Positions 28,131 through 37,887 of a stretch of 64,000 bases of DNA are shown here, in pieces. The position numbers and the translations under genes were made by a program. The stretch's first letter is position 1. Every line of letters starts with the position of its first letter. Under the pieces are notes generated by a model that saw only the letters and a program-made list of their open reading frames with translations, had not been told where the DNA came from and ran no database searches. Origin of the DNA: Bacteroidales bacterium. Lineage in GTDB: Bacteria > Bacteroidota > Bacteroidia > Bacteroidales > UBA4417. The DNA is taken from assembly GCA_035403165.1 (NCBI GenBank), contig DAONEP010000003.1, forward strand, positions 32,888 to 96,887, given 5' to 3'.

Positions 28131-29153
28131 CTATCCGGAAAATTTTTCCTGATCCATTTCCGGGAATGATTTCTTTTTCCGGAAGTGGTAATCAATCACC
28201 AGGTTCCCATTGTAAATCATGGATACATGGTTGTGGCTCAGTTTTTTTCTCTTGGCGCGAAGCTTAAAGAAATTGCGGTAAAAATACCCATGCGCCCTGA
28301 TGACGGCATAAAAATCGGCAAATCCGGCTTCGAGGAGGAATTTTAAGGCTGCGATGCCGTCAAGGGGGACCCGTGCCAGGAAGACAGGCCATAATAAATC
28401 GGACGGCAGGTTTTTATAAAGCAGGGCCAGGTTATTCCTGAAGTTGAGATAGGTTTTATGTGATGACTGCTTGGGCAGTGTTCCCCCGCCGACATGGTAA
28501 ACCACCGAATCGGGGCAGTACATTACCTTGTAACCGCCGTTTTTTAGCCTCCAGCAGAAGTCGATTTCTTCCATGTGGGCAAAGAAGTCTTCGTCGAGTC
28601 CGCCGAATTCAAGATACTCTTTTGCCCTTACAAACATACAAGCACCGGTAGCCCAGAAAACTTCTGAAGGCGTATTGTACTGACCGTTATCCGTTTCGAT
28701 GGTCTGAAAAATTCGTCCGCGACAGAAAGGATAACCGTATTTATCAATGAAACCGCCGGCAGCGCCTGCATATTCAAATTTCTCGGTGTGATGGTAAGAG
28801 CGGAGTTTAGGCTGGCAGGCGGCGATTTTCGGATCGCTTTCCATAAGGTCGATAACCGGTTTGATCCAGTTTTCGGTCACTTCAATATCGCTGTTCAGCA
28901 ATACGAAGTAGTCGGCATTCACCTGCGAAAGTGCATCGTTATATCCTTTGGCAAATCCGCCATTCGTGATATTCTGAATGATCCTTATCCGGGGGAAATT
29001 GTTCTGCAGAAATTCAACCGAACTGTCCGTACTGGCATTGTCGGCAACGATCACTTCGGCAAAGCCTTCGCTGTGTTGTATTACGCTTGGTAAAAACTGC
29101 CGCAAGAATTCACGACCATTCCAGTTCAATATTACGACAGCTACAGTTGGCAA
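28131..29153 (-). CDS. family 2 glycosyltransferase
   Basis: VAVVILNWNG...VADNASTD...DxD-type (LNSDIEV) GT-A fold motifs. Confidence 0.85.
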   Translation of the reverse strand: MPTVAVVILNWNGREFLRQFLPSVIQHSEGFAEVIVADNASTDSSVEFLQNNFPRIRIIQNITNGGFAKGYNDALSQVNADYFVLLNSDIEVTENWIKPVIDLMESDPKIAACQPKLRSYHHTEKFEYAGAAGGFIDKYGYPFCRGRIFQTIETDNGQYNTPSEVFWATGACMFVRAKEYLEFGGLDEDFFAHMEEIDFCWRLKNGGYKVMYCPDSVVYHVGGGTLPKQSSHKTYLNFRNNLALLYKNLPSDLLWPVFLARVPLDGIAALKFLLEAGFADFYAVIRAHGYFYRNFFKLRAKRKKLSHNHVSMIYNGNLVIDYHFRKKKSFPEMDQEKFSG

Positions 29154-29272
29154 GGCAGAATTGTTAACGAAGTATGAATAATGCTGTTGGTTTAGTCAGG
29201 GCCCGGGTATGATCAGGGGCTGCTTTCCGAAGCGAAATTAATCAAATATTCGACAAATAAATCATTATTCCG

Positions 29273-30151
29273 TTAGTTATCAATTTTATATTTCCAGCGG
29301 CGATGTGACCAGAGCCAATTGTCCGGATTTTCAATGATATCCTTTTCCAGCAATGCTATATGTTTGTTGGTAATTTCAAAGTCCCGGGTAAGTTTCGGCG
29401 TATCGGTGATCAATTCGAATGTAACTTCGTAATATCCTCTTTTGACCCTTCGGATATGTGAAAACATAACCACATGATCGAGCGATCGGGCTATTTTTTC
29501 GGCTCCGAGGAAAAATGCAGTTTGCTGGTTCAGGAAAAGGGTATGATATTCAATTTCGCTCCTGTGAGGCGTCTGGTCGGCAAGGATGGCCGTCAGGTTT
29601 TGATCGCGCCGGCGTGATAATAAAACCCGGTAAGCGCTTTTAAAAGGCAGCAGGACATCTTTCATGAACCGGGTGCGTAGGGAAGTGATGAATTCTTCCG
29701 AAACCGGATCGCTGAGAGGTTTCACCAAAGCGCAATTGTGGTCGAAGCCGGGGCATTGCATCGCCGTGGCCGGTGCATACCACTCCCAGTTTCCGCAATG
29801 GCCGCTCACCATGATGACACTTCGCCCGAGCCGGCGGTAATGATCAAGCAGTTCGGGATTTACGACTTTCATCCGTCTTTGTAATTCGCCGGCAGTCATA
29901 CCGCGGGTTTTAAAGATTTCGACGATGATGTCGCTCAGGTTCCGGTAAAATTTCCGGGCAATTGCCTCCCTCTCCTGTGTGCTTTTTTCAGGGAATGAAT
30001 TCCGGAGGTTTTCCTCCACAACATTTCTCCGATAGCGGATTACCCGCCGGAGTATAAAAGCAATAAAATCCGATTTCAGATATATAACCCAGAACGGCAG
30101 TAAGCTGAACAACCGGTTAATAGCCTTGATGATGCCAAGTTTGAAATTCAT
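29273..30151 (-). CDS. lipid A biosynthesis (LpxL/HtrB-type) lauroyl/lysophospholipid acyltransferase family protein
   Basis: N-terminal TM helix. HCGNWEW catalytic HX4(D/E)-type motif. 292 aa. Confidence 0.72.
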   Translation of the reverse strand: MNFKLGIIKAINRLFSLLPFWVIYLKSDFIAFILRRVIRYRRNVVEENLRNSFPEKSTQEREAIARKFYRNLSDIIVEIFKTRGMTAGELQRRMKVVNPELLDHYRRLGRSVIMVSGHCGNWEWYAPATAMQCPGFDHNCALVKPLSDPVSEEFITSLRTRFMKDVLLPFKSAYRVLLSRRRDQNLTAILADQTPHRSEIEYHTLFLNQQTAFFLGAEKIARSLDHVVMFSHIRRVKRGYYEVTFELITDTPKLTRDFEITNKHIALLEKDIIENPDNWLWSHRRWKYKIDN

Positions 30152-30184
30152 CGGTTTATATGAAAATCATTGAGGTGTTTAATA

Positions 30185-31666
30185 TTACCGGGGATTGTCC
30201 CATAAGTCCCTTGACCTTCCCCCGTAATAATCATCCTCCCCGGTCCTTTCTATGTCTTGAGGATTCGATGTGTACCTATCAGTATCTCTTTTATGCAATT
30301 CAACTTCCCACCTTGCATTATAGAGCTCTCCGAGAACGTCTGAATGTAGTATGTCAAAATCTCTTGATGAATAATCACGAGTATAGAATACAAATTTCCG
30401 GTTTGTTTGGGATCCAATTTTATAATATTGCCAGATTTCATAGGGATAGGCTCTTGGTTCATTGTATTCCTGCACTCTGGAATTGGGCGGGCCATATTGC
30501 AGGTATACCCTTCCGCGGTCGGTTTCATACCCTTTTTTTATCGACGTTTTAAATTCATCGTTCACAGCCAGAACCTGAATGTAATACTTTTGCCATGCGC
30601 CTGAAGGATTTTCGGGGGCCTTTGATTGCCAGAATGAAAGGAAATACCGCTGCATGGTCTCAAGGCTGGCAATATTAAGCTGTGTATTGATAAAAAGTTT
30701 TTCGGAAGAGGATGCTATCGGGAAACACATCCTGATGAATTCACGCAAGGAGTCTGGATTTGTATAAGCTGAAACAAAGGAGTTCTGGATATCAATGCTT
30801 GACAGGTCATTAAGGTCGTATTTGAGCGAAGGATTGCTGCGCTGGAAAAACATCGAATTCCTGATTATCTCTTTATTTTCCTTGTTTCTGGCCGCAACAA
30901 CCAGGTTATAGTTCCCCGACGGGAGATTCGAAATATCGAATTCGCTGAAAACAACGTTGACCGGTTTTACGTCCTCGCGTTTCATGCGCAGGTTGTCTTT
31001 GATAACTTTACCTGTTTCGAACGATTCAATAGAGGTGGCCACAATAAATTTCTCATCAGCGCCCAATAATCGGGCAAGATCGTACATTTCGGTGTAAAAG
31101 GTCAGTTTGTTCACCGCTGCCGGGTAAAAATTGTCGAGATAGGGTATGAAATCGTAGCCGCTTTTTGTAAGCATTCCCGGTTTTTCAACCCTGGTAAACG
31201 ATTCGATGAGTTGTATTCCCGATATGGCAGCCTGTTCATTGGGATAATTAAGTTCGAATTGATCGGTCACCAGGAATGGTTTCATCTCCCTGTTTTTATC
31301 GGAGATGGAGATGTCAAGATCATATTTCCCGTTGGGCAGGGCGACTCGCTGCTGGTCGAGGAAGCTGAAATTAATTACGGTTGTATCGTCCACTTCAGGG
31401 CTGAATAATTCATATTTCCTGAAGTCGCGGATGGAATCGTTTTGCTTGAAAAGCATGGTCACCAGGATGGATCCCTGAAATTTCCCATTATCCTTATGCA
31501 CATATTGTACACTTTTGCCTAGTACCGAGAGGTAAGTTTCGATATACGGGCCGTGTTCCGGTGAACGGAAAGTGGTGTATGAAAAGAACGCCCTTAGGTT
31601 TCCGGGATTCGGCATCGCCGCTACCGAGAGGAACAGGAAAGTGCCTGCAACGAGAAGCTTTTTCAT
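30185..31666 (-). CDS. GWxTD domain-containing protein
   Basis: Signal peptide. C-terminal KGYETDRGRVYLQYGPPNS...PYEIWQY block typical of the GWxTD domain. Confidence 0.7.
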   Translation of the reverse strand: MKKLLVAGTFLFLSVAAMPNPGNLRAFFSYTTFRSPEHGPYIETYLSVLGKSVQYVHKDNGKFQGSILVTMLFKQNDSIRDFRKYELFSPEVDDTTVINFSFLDQQRVALPNGKYDLDISISDKNREMKPFLVTDQFELNYPNEQAAISGIQLIESFTRVEKPGMLTKSGYDFIPYLDNFYPAAVNKLTFYTEMYDLARLLGADEKFIVATSIESFETGKVIKDNLRMKREDVKPVNVVFSEFDISNLPSGNYNLVVAARNKENKEIIRNSMFFQRSNPSLKYDLNDLSSIDIQNSFVSAYTNPDSLREFIRMCFPIASSSEKLFINTQLNIASLETMQRYFLSFWQSKAPENPSGAWQKYYIQVLAVNDEFKTSIKKGYETDRGRVYLQYGPPNSRVQEYNEPRAYPYEIWQYYKIGSQTNRKFVFYTRDYSSRDFDILHSDVLGELYNARWEVELHKRDTDRYTSNPQDIERTGEDDYYGGRSRDLWDNPR

Positions 31667-31691
31667 GCTTTTGGGTGTAAATGTACAGTTG

Positions 31692-31699
31692 CAAAGTTA
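31692..31699 (-). promoter_or_regulatory. -7 promoter box (TAACTTTG on minus strand) upstream of the GWxTD gene
   Basis: Plus strand reads caaagtta. 26 nt upstream of ATG 31666. Confidence 0.4.
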
Positions 31700-31806
31700 G
31701 ATATAATGCTGGGTAAATACAATCGGGCAAATGTTATATTTTATAAGGGGTATGGCTGATGACGCGACGAATATTGCCGCACATTTTTACATTCAAATAA
31801 ATTTGA

Positions 31807-31814
31807 TAATTTTG
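31807..31814 (+). promoter_or_regulatory. -7 promoter box TAATTTTG upstream of tRNA-Ser(TGA)
   Basis: Exact TAnnTTTG match, 8 nt before the tRNA 5' end. Confidence 0.5.
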
Positions 31815-31821
31815 CAGCACC

Positions 31822-31909
<88 letters not shown>

Positions 31910-31910
31910 A

Positions 31911-31945
31911 AGCCGGCCTGGAACTATTCCCGGCCGGCTTTTTTA
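31911..31945 (+). terminator. rho-independent terminator after tRNA-Ser
   Basis: agccggcc / ggccggct stem followed by T6. Confidence 0.65.
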
Positions 31946-31966
31946 ATTATTCCGTCAGGTAATTTC

Positions 31967-33151
31967 ATGCAATTTCCATATCGAAGGAACCTGTTTGCCC
32001 TGTACATCATCAAGGTTGCCAAATGGATGAACCTGGTGATGCCTGTTATCGTGCTGTTCTATAAATCGAACGGGATGGGCATGGCCGAAATTTTTCAGTT
32101 GCAGGCAGTCTATTCCCTGACCCTGATGTTTTTCGAAATTCCAACCGGATATTTTGCTGATAAAGCCGGACGGAAGACCAGTATGATATGCGGCTCATTT
32201 CTGGGCGTTGCAGGGTATTTGATATACAGCACTTCCTTTGGTTTCTGGAATTTTGTCATGGCGGAAGTGGCGCTTGGCCTTGGGCAGAGCCTGGTATCGG
32301 GGGCCGATTCGGCCATGCTGTATGATTCTTTGGTTGCCGGGCGGATAGCCGATAAATATACCCGGTATGAAGGGCGTATTAACTCAACAGGCAACTTTGC
32401 CGAAGCTCTGGCCGGCATTGCAGGCGGATTGCTTGCAGCAGGTTCGTTGCGAACGCCTTTCTATGTTCAGGCTACCGTTGCCGCGTTGGCAATACCGGCG
32501 TCTTTGTGCCTGGTTGAGCCTCCCGCAGTTGGCGCTAAGATTAAACCGACACTGAAAAATGCTTTTGCGATCATCAGGAAAGCATTGCACAGCGACCGGA
32601 AACTGAAATGGAACACCTTGTTTTCAGCCGTTACCGGAGTTTCTACGCTAACAATGGCCTGGTTTGCTCAGCCGTTTTTCATCCAAGCCGGGCTAAGCGT
32701 ATCATGGTTTGGAATTATCTGGGCTGTATTGAACGTGACGGCAGGGATAGCTTCAGCCTGTGCATGGAAACTTGAAAAACGGTTTGGCCCTTCCGGAACC
32801 GTGACTGTGTTCTCGCTGGTCCTCGTTTCCGGTTATCTCGGGATATCCTTCCTTCCGTCCGCCATGGGATTTTTACTGTTGCTCATGTTCTATTTTGCCC
32901 GGGGAGTAGCCACGCCAACACTTCGTAATTATGTGAACCTGATCACGGTTTCCGAAGAGAGGGCAACCGTACTTTCCGTCAGAAATTTTGTTATCAGGAT
33001 GATGTTTGCAATACTGGGACCGGTTTTCGGTCGGATTACGGATAAATACAGCCTCCCGGTTGCCATGGCGGCAGCAGGCGTACTTTTAGGCACCATGATG
33101 GGGATAACCTTATATTACTTCCTGAAATACCGTACATACCAGGCGGATTGA
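31967..33151 (+). CDS. MFS transporter
   Basis: About 12 TM helices. MFS signature-like GYFADKAGRKTSM after TM2. Confidence 0.8.
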   Translation: MQFPYRRNLFALYIIKVAKWMNLVMPVIVLFYKSNGMGMAEIFQLQAVYSLTLMFFEIPTGYFADKAGRKTSMICGSFLGVAGYLIYSTSFGFWNFVMAEVALGLGQSLVSGADSAMLYDSLVAGRIADKYTRYEGRINSTGNFAEALAGIAGGLLAAGSLRTPFYVQATVAALAIPASLCLVEPPAVGAKIKPTLKNAFAIIRKALHSDRKLKWNTLFSAVTGVSTLTMAWFAQPFFIQAGLSVSWFGIIWAVLNVTAGIASACAWKLEKRFGPSGTVTVFSLVLVSGYLGISFLPSAMGFLLLLMFYFARGVATPTLRNYVNLITVSEERATVLSVRNFVIRMMFAILGPVFGRITDKYSLPVAMAAAGVLLGTMMGITLYYFLKYRTYQAD

Positions 33152-33204
33152 AACCTATGCCGGCCATATTTTTTCAGAAGTGTTGGCTATTGAAAAATAG
33201 TTTC

Positions 33205-33212
33205 TATTTTTG
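33205..33212 (+). promoter_or_regulatory. -7 promoter box TATTTTTG upstream of tRNA-Ser(CGA)
   Basis: Exact TAnnTTTG match, 16 nt before the tRNA 5' end. Confidence 0.5.
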
Positions 33213-33227
33213 CAGCCCCAAACAATT

Positions 33228-33319
33228 GGAAAGATGCCAGAGTGGTCGAATGGGGCGGTCTCGAAAACCGTTGACCCCTTTCCCGGGGTCCCAGGGTTCG
33301 AATCCCTGTCTTTCCGCCA
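33228..33319 (+). tRNA. tRNA-Ser (anticodon CGA), CCA encoded
   Basis: Acceptor GGAAAGA/TCTTTCC, anticodon loop CTCGAAA, long variable arm, T arm CAGGG-TTCGAAT-CCCTG. 92 nt. A GC hairpin plus T8 follows at about 33329-33355. Confidence 0.93.
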
Positions 33320-33437
33320 CCAGTTTAATGCCTCGCAATGCGGGGCTTTTTTTTGGTCGGGGGTATACCTCATTGAAATTTTTCAGCATCATTTCGGTAA
33401 AGTTTATAATTTCGTTTTGGTTCTATAAGTTTCTGAA

Positions 33438-33689
33438 ATGATGAATTTTATACCAATCGGGGTAGGATGCCATTCGGGTTATAAAGCCGATGAATATCCG
33501 GAATACTTTATCCTGGAGGAAAAGAGATTTGAAATCCTGGAGATCTCCGACCGGTGGTATCAGGCGGAGAACATTCCCGGATATCCGGTTTCGGATTATT
33601 TTGAGGTCAGGACACAATATGGCGTATATCTTATCCGGCATGAACCAGCCGGCGACAACTGGTACCTGTGCATATCGGATAAAGGATAA
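33438..33689 (+). CDS. hypothetical small protein (83 aa)
   Basis: Protein-like composition (…EYPEYFILEEKRFEILEISDRWYQ...YFEVRTQYGVYLIRHEPAGDNWYL). No family name recalled with confidence. Confidence 0.4.
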   Translation: MMNFIPIGVGCHSGYKADEYPEYFILEEKRFEILEISDRWYQAENIPGYPVSDYFEVRTQYGVYLIRHEPAGDNWYLCISDKG

Positions 33690-33821
33690 TAGGGTAAAGG
33701 AAATAAGTGCCTGTGCGGGGAAGCAACGGCAAGGCTGATTTCACAATACTTCCATTTTAAAATTTCTGCTTCAGGGGGGCATCCTTCTTCTAGATAGGAA
33801 AAACTTTGTTCTGCTTCATTT

Positions 33822-34541
33822 TCAGATGCCTAAAATAAATACAGCCGGTTTTTTCTGCAGTTCAGGAATCTGGCTTTTCCAGCGGTGTACCGGCATGGTA
33901 TGGATGAACTCGTCCTGTAGCGTAATGTTGGCAGCGATGCAAAGCCGGGTATCGGGATGGCAGGTTTCGATGATGGTGTGAAACATTGCCATGTTACGGT
34001 AAGGCGTTTCGATGAAAAGCTGGGGGGATCCGGTCTGTCGAACCTCGCGTTCGATCAACTTAAGGGATTTGATCCGTTCGGGTGTTTTTACCGGCAGGTA
34101 TCCGTGGAAAGTGAAGTGCTGTCCGCTGAATCCGGAAGCCATTAAAGCCAGCATGAGCGAAGAAGGCCCTGTGAGCGGTATCACCCTGATGCCTTTCTGA
34201 TGGGCCAAGGACACCAGTTTATGTCCGGGGTCAGCGACACACGGCAATCCGGCTTCGCTCATCAGGCCGATATTCTTTCCGCCGGCAGCCGGTTCAAGGT
34301 AAGCGTCAATTTCTTGATCCGAAGTATGTTCGTTCAGCAGGAAAAAGGTAATATCGTCGATAAGCCCGGTATAACCAGCCTTTTTCAGAAAGCGTCTTGC
34401 CGTGCGTATTTCTTCCACGACAAAAACATTGATTAGGTTCAAAATCAGGATATTGCCGGCAGGGAGACAGGTTTCGGCAGAAACATCCCCGAGCGTGGCC
34501 GGAAACAGGAATAAGGAGCCTTTTTCAGTTTGTGGATCCAT
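33822..34541 (-). CDS. SAM-dependent methyltransferase, tetrapyrrole-methylase (RsmI-like) superfamily
   Basis: Blocks SEAGLPCVADPG, IPLTGPSSLMLALMASGF and PQLFIETPYR are typical of the TP_methylase/RsmI fold. Confidence 0.72.
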   Translation of the reverse strand: MDPQTEKGSLFLFPATLGDVSAETCLPAGNILILNLINVFVVEEIRTARRFLKKAGYTGLIDDITFFLLNEHTSDQEIDAYLEPAAGGKNIGLMSEAGLPCVADPGHKLVSLAHQKGIRVIPLTGPSSLMLALMASGFSGQHFTFHGYLPVKTPERIKSLKLIEREVRQTGSPQLFIETPYRNMAMFHTIIETCHPDTRLCIAANITLQDEFIHTMPVHRWKSQIPELQKKPAVFILGI

Positions 34542-34543
34542 GT

Positions 34544-35503
34544 TTATTGCCAGGGAAGTTTGTTCAGGTCAACATTGCCGCCGGTGAGAATTATGCCGAT
34601 GCGTTTGCCGGCATACCGGGTTTTATTCTTCAGCAAAGCAGCCAGCGGAGTAGCTGCCGATGGTTCTATGATCAGTTTCATCCGTTCCCAAACCAGTTTC
34701 ATGGCTTCAGCAATATTGAAATCGCTTACGGTATGGATATCCGTGACGAATTTCCTGATAATCGGGAAAGTCAGCGAGCCCAGCGAGGTGCGCAGCCCGT
34801 CGGCAATGGTATCCGGATTAACCGACGGGACCAGTTCGCCCTTGTAAAAAGACTGATAGGCGTCGTCGGCGCCTGAAGGTTCCCCGGCAATTACTTTGAT
34901 TCCTTTTCCGAAGTAACTGGCCGACAGGGCGGTGCCGCTCAGAAGTCCGCCGCCGCCAACCGGTGTAATAATATAATCGAGATTGCCGGCGTCTTCGATT
35001 AGTTCCAGGGCTGCCGTTGCCTGGCCGGCTATAATCCTCAGGTCGTTATAGGGATGTATTTCGGTGGCAAAGGTTTGTGCCAGCACCTGGTTCAGGGTTT
35101 CTTCCCGGGCGGCAAGGGTTGGCTCGCAAAAAGTGATTTCTCCGCCATAGGATTGAACGGCGGCTATCTTTACTTTTGATGAGTTGCCCGGCATAACTAT
35201 ATATGCGCGGATTCCCCTGTTCCGGGCAGCCATCGACAGGGCGGCGGCATGGTTTCCCGATGAATGTGTGGCAACCCCACGTTTTATATCCTCACCCGGA
35301 AGGCTCATTACGGCATTGGTGGCGCCGCGGACTTTAAAAGCGCCCGCTTTCTGGAGGTTCTCGCATTTGAAGAACAACTCGGCGCCGCAAATCCTGTTGA
35401 TGGTTTCTGACGTGATCACCGGAGTGCGGTGAATGTAGGGACGAATGCGATCAGCAGCTCCGAGGATTTCTTCCCTTGAAGGAAAATTAACAGTTGCGGT
35501 CAT
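34544..35503 (-). CDS. PLP-dependent threonine/serine dehydratase family enzyme
   Basis: Lysine motif FFKCENLQKAGAFKVRGA. Gly-rich loop TPVGGGGLLSG. 319 aa. Confidence 0.8.
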   Translation of the reverse strand: MTATVNFPSREEILGAADRIRPYIHRTPVITSETINRICGAELFFKCENLQKAGAFKVRGATNAVMSLPGEDIKRGVATHSSGNHAAALSMAARNRGIRAYIVMPGNSSKVKIAAVQSYGGEITFCEPTLAAREETLNQVLAQTFATEIHPYNDLRIIAGQATAALELIEDAGNLDYIITPVGGGGLLSGTALSASYFGKGIKVIAGEPSGADDAYQSFYKGELVPSVNPDTIADGLRTSLGSLTFPIIRKFVTDIHTVSDFNIAEAMKLVWERMKLIIEPSAATPLAALLKNKTRYAGKRIGIILTGGNVDLNKLPWQ

Positions 35504-35970
35504 CGGTTTCTTTTTGATAGTTCATTTATAATAGCGTCGGTAGCCTGGTCAAGCAAAGAATAGGTAGTTTCAAAATCAGATTGCCGGCCGTAATAAGGAT
35601 CCGGAACATGTCTGTTATTGCCATGGCCTGCAGCGTTCATGATGTAATCCACCTTTTTACGATCGGATTCCGAACGTGCATAACGAATTACATTCCTGTA
35701 ATGGCTCTGGTCCATGACATAGATAAAGTCGAAAAGGTCGAAATCTGCCTGCCGGAATAATCTCATGGTATGGTTTGCGATGTCTATCCCATGCTTCTTC
35801 ATTTCATAAATAGCCCTGTCGTCGGGAGGATCGTTCAGGTGAAACGGCTCAAAACCGCAGGAATCGACAACTACACCGAGGCCGGCCTGTTTTGATTTTT
35901 CTCTCATCAAACCTTCCGCCATAGGCGACCGGCAGATATTGCCGGTACATACCATAAGAATTTTTATCAT
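35500..35970 (-). CDS. low-molecular-weight protein-tyrosine phosphatase
   Basis: P-loop MVCTGNICRSPMAEG and a C-terminal DPYY motif. Start taken at MIKILMV. Its stop overlaps the downstream start (ATGA). Confidence 0.85.
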   Translation of the reverse strand: MIKILMVCTGNICRSPMAEGLMREKSKQAGLGVVVDSCGFEPFHLNDPPDDRAIYEMKKHGIDIANHTMRLFRQADFDLFDFIYVMDQSHYRNVIRYARSESDRKKVDYIMNAAGHGNNRHVPDPYYGRQSDFETTYSLLDQATDAIINELSKRNR

Positions 35971-36154
35971 AATATCCGGGTAAAGAGGTTTTGAGCTATT
36001 TGGCAAATGCAGTTCCGGAATGCACAGCGACTTCCCGGCAGGTTAACCGGTCCGGCTTCAAAAATAGCATCAATTTGTTTACGAAAAGTTTGCTGTGGAG
36101 AATATTCGGTTTGTACCGGCAAATTTAATACGGGGCAGAAGCTTCTTTTCTATC

Positions 36155-36191
36155 GTAATAAAACAAGAAGCTCCTGATTGCCAGGAGCTTC
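36155..36191 (-). terminator. putative terminator after dnaA
   Basis: gaagctcctg / caggagcttc stem, followed on the minus strand by ttgttttatt. Confidence 0.5.
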
Positions 36192-36215
36192 AAACGGACT
36201 GGTTGTGGGTTCTGG

Positions 36216-37649
36216 TTAAAATTTGATCCGTTTTTCTATTTCTTCGACGTAAAGCCTGAATTGTTTGTCGGTTTCGATCAGGTTGTTTACTGTGCGGCAG
36301 GCGTGGAGCACGGTTGCATGATCCTTATTGCCGCATACAAGTCCGATAGCAGCCAGCGATGATTTGGTATGTTTCTTCGAAAAATACATGGCCAGTTGAC
36401 GCGCCTGTACGATGTCGCGTTTGCGTGTTTTCGAGTTGATGGAATCAACCTGAATGCCGAAATAATCGCATACGATTTTCTGAATGAAGTCTATAGAAAT
36501 CTCACGGGCCGTGTTCTTTACGAATTTGTCAATCATTTGTTTGGCCAGTTCGATGGTAATCGCCTTTTTATTCAGTGACGATTGCGCCATGAGGGAGATA
36601 AGGGCCCCTTCGAGTTCGCGGACATTGGTTGTGATGCTGTAGGCGAGATATTCAAGCACATCGTCGGGCATGTCGATGCCATCTTTGTAGATGCGCTTTC
36701 TCAGGATGGCAATACGGGTTTCAAGGTCGGGAACCTGGAGGTCAGCGGCCAGCCCCCACTTGAAACGTGAAAGGAGCCTGGGCTCAAGTCCTTTTAGTTC
36801 TACCGGGGCTTTATCGCTGGTAATGACGAGTTGTTTTCCTTTTTGATGTAAATGATTGAAAATGTGGAAGAAAACATCCTGCGTTTTTTCTTTGCCGGAG
36901 AGCCACTGGATATCATCAACGATCAGTACATCAATCATTTGGTAAAAATGGAGGAAATCGTTCTGGTTGTTGTTCCTGACAGAATCAATGAATTGCTGCA
37001 TAAATTGCTCTGTGGCAACATAGAGGACGGTTTTTTCGGGGAAGTTGTTCTTGACCTGTAATCCGATGGCATGTGACAGATGGGTTTTTCCAAGCCCGAC
37101 GGCGCTGTAAATGAATAATGGATTAAAAGCTGTTTTACCCGGATTGCAGGCTACTGCATAGCCGGCTGAACGGGCCAGGCGGTTACAGTCGCCTTCAATA
37201 AAGTTGTCGAATGAATAGGATTCGTTCAGTTGAGAGTACACCTGGATTTTTTTCAGGCCGGGAATGACAAAGGGATTGGGTATCTCTTTTGCGTTACCGT
37301 TTTTCAGGTCTATTGGCATGGCTACCGCAGGATTATTCGTAGCTTTCCGGTTACTGGCAGGAACTTTAATCGTATAAGGATCACTGGTATATGAACCTTC
37401 CATCACAATACTGTATTCCAATCGTCCGGTTGGGCCGAGTTCATTGCGAATGGTCTTTTTGAGCAGGGTTATGTAATGCTCTTCGAGCCACTCGTAAAAA
37501 AACTGGCTGGGAACCTGTATGGTGAGGATATTGTTTTCGAGCTTTAATGGTTTTATAGGTGCAAACCATGTTTTAAAACTTTGATAATTCAGGTTGTCCC
37601 TGATTACTTTCAGACAATTATCCCAAACTTCGCTGTGCAGTTCTTTCAT
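36216..37649 (-). CDS. dnaA: chromosomal replication initiator protein DnaA
   Basis: AAA+ core with Walker A SAVGLGKTHL, Walker B LIVDDIQ, and a C-terminal DNA-binding domain (ARQLAMYFSKKHT..SL..IG...G.KDHATVLHA). 477 aa. Confidence 0.97.
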   Translation of the reverse strand: MKELHSEVWDNCLKVIRDNLNYQSFKTWFAPIKPLKLENNILTIQVPSQFFYEWLEEHYITLLKKTIRNELGPTGRLEYSIVMEGSYTSDPYTIKVPASNRKATNNPAVAMPIDLKNGNAKEIPNPFVIPGLKKIQVYSQLNESYSFDNFIEGDCNRLARSAGYAVACNPGKTAFNPLFIYSAVGLGKTHLSHAIGLQVKNNFPEKTVLYVATEQFMQQFIDSVRNNNQNDFLHFYQMIDVLIVDDIQWLSGKEKTQDVFFHIFNHLHQKGKQLVITSDKAPVELKGLEPRLLSRFKWGLAADLQVPDLETRIAILRKRIYKDGIDMPDDVLEYLAYSITTNVRELEGALISLMAQSSLNKKAITIELAKQMIDKFVKNTAREISIDFIQKIVCDYFGIQVDSINSKTRKRDIVQARQLAMYFSKKHTKSSLAAIGLVCGNKDHATVLHACRTVNNLIETDKQFRLYVEEIEKRIKF

Positions 37650-37887
37650 TACTACTATTCGTGATTAAGTTACATCGGTTTCCCGGATATCCGGCTACTT
37701 GGTTAATGATTTAAAGATCAGGATTATAATATATTATGTCAAATTCAGCATACGAGGAGCGTATTTCGTTGTTCAAAAATCAATTTATAAAAGTGAAAAA
37801 AAAAAAATTCTTACTCTTGACTTTAAAATAAAATTTATGTATAAGGAAAAACACCCAAAACGAACAATGCGTTGGCAAGTAATTCGT

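Noticed and set aside
37650-37887. oriC directly upstream of dnaA
   Set aside because: The region is AT-rich, but I could not find even a modest cluster of TTATCCACA-like boxes on either strand. It is kept only as a low-interest finding that needs computation.
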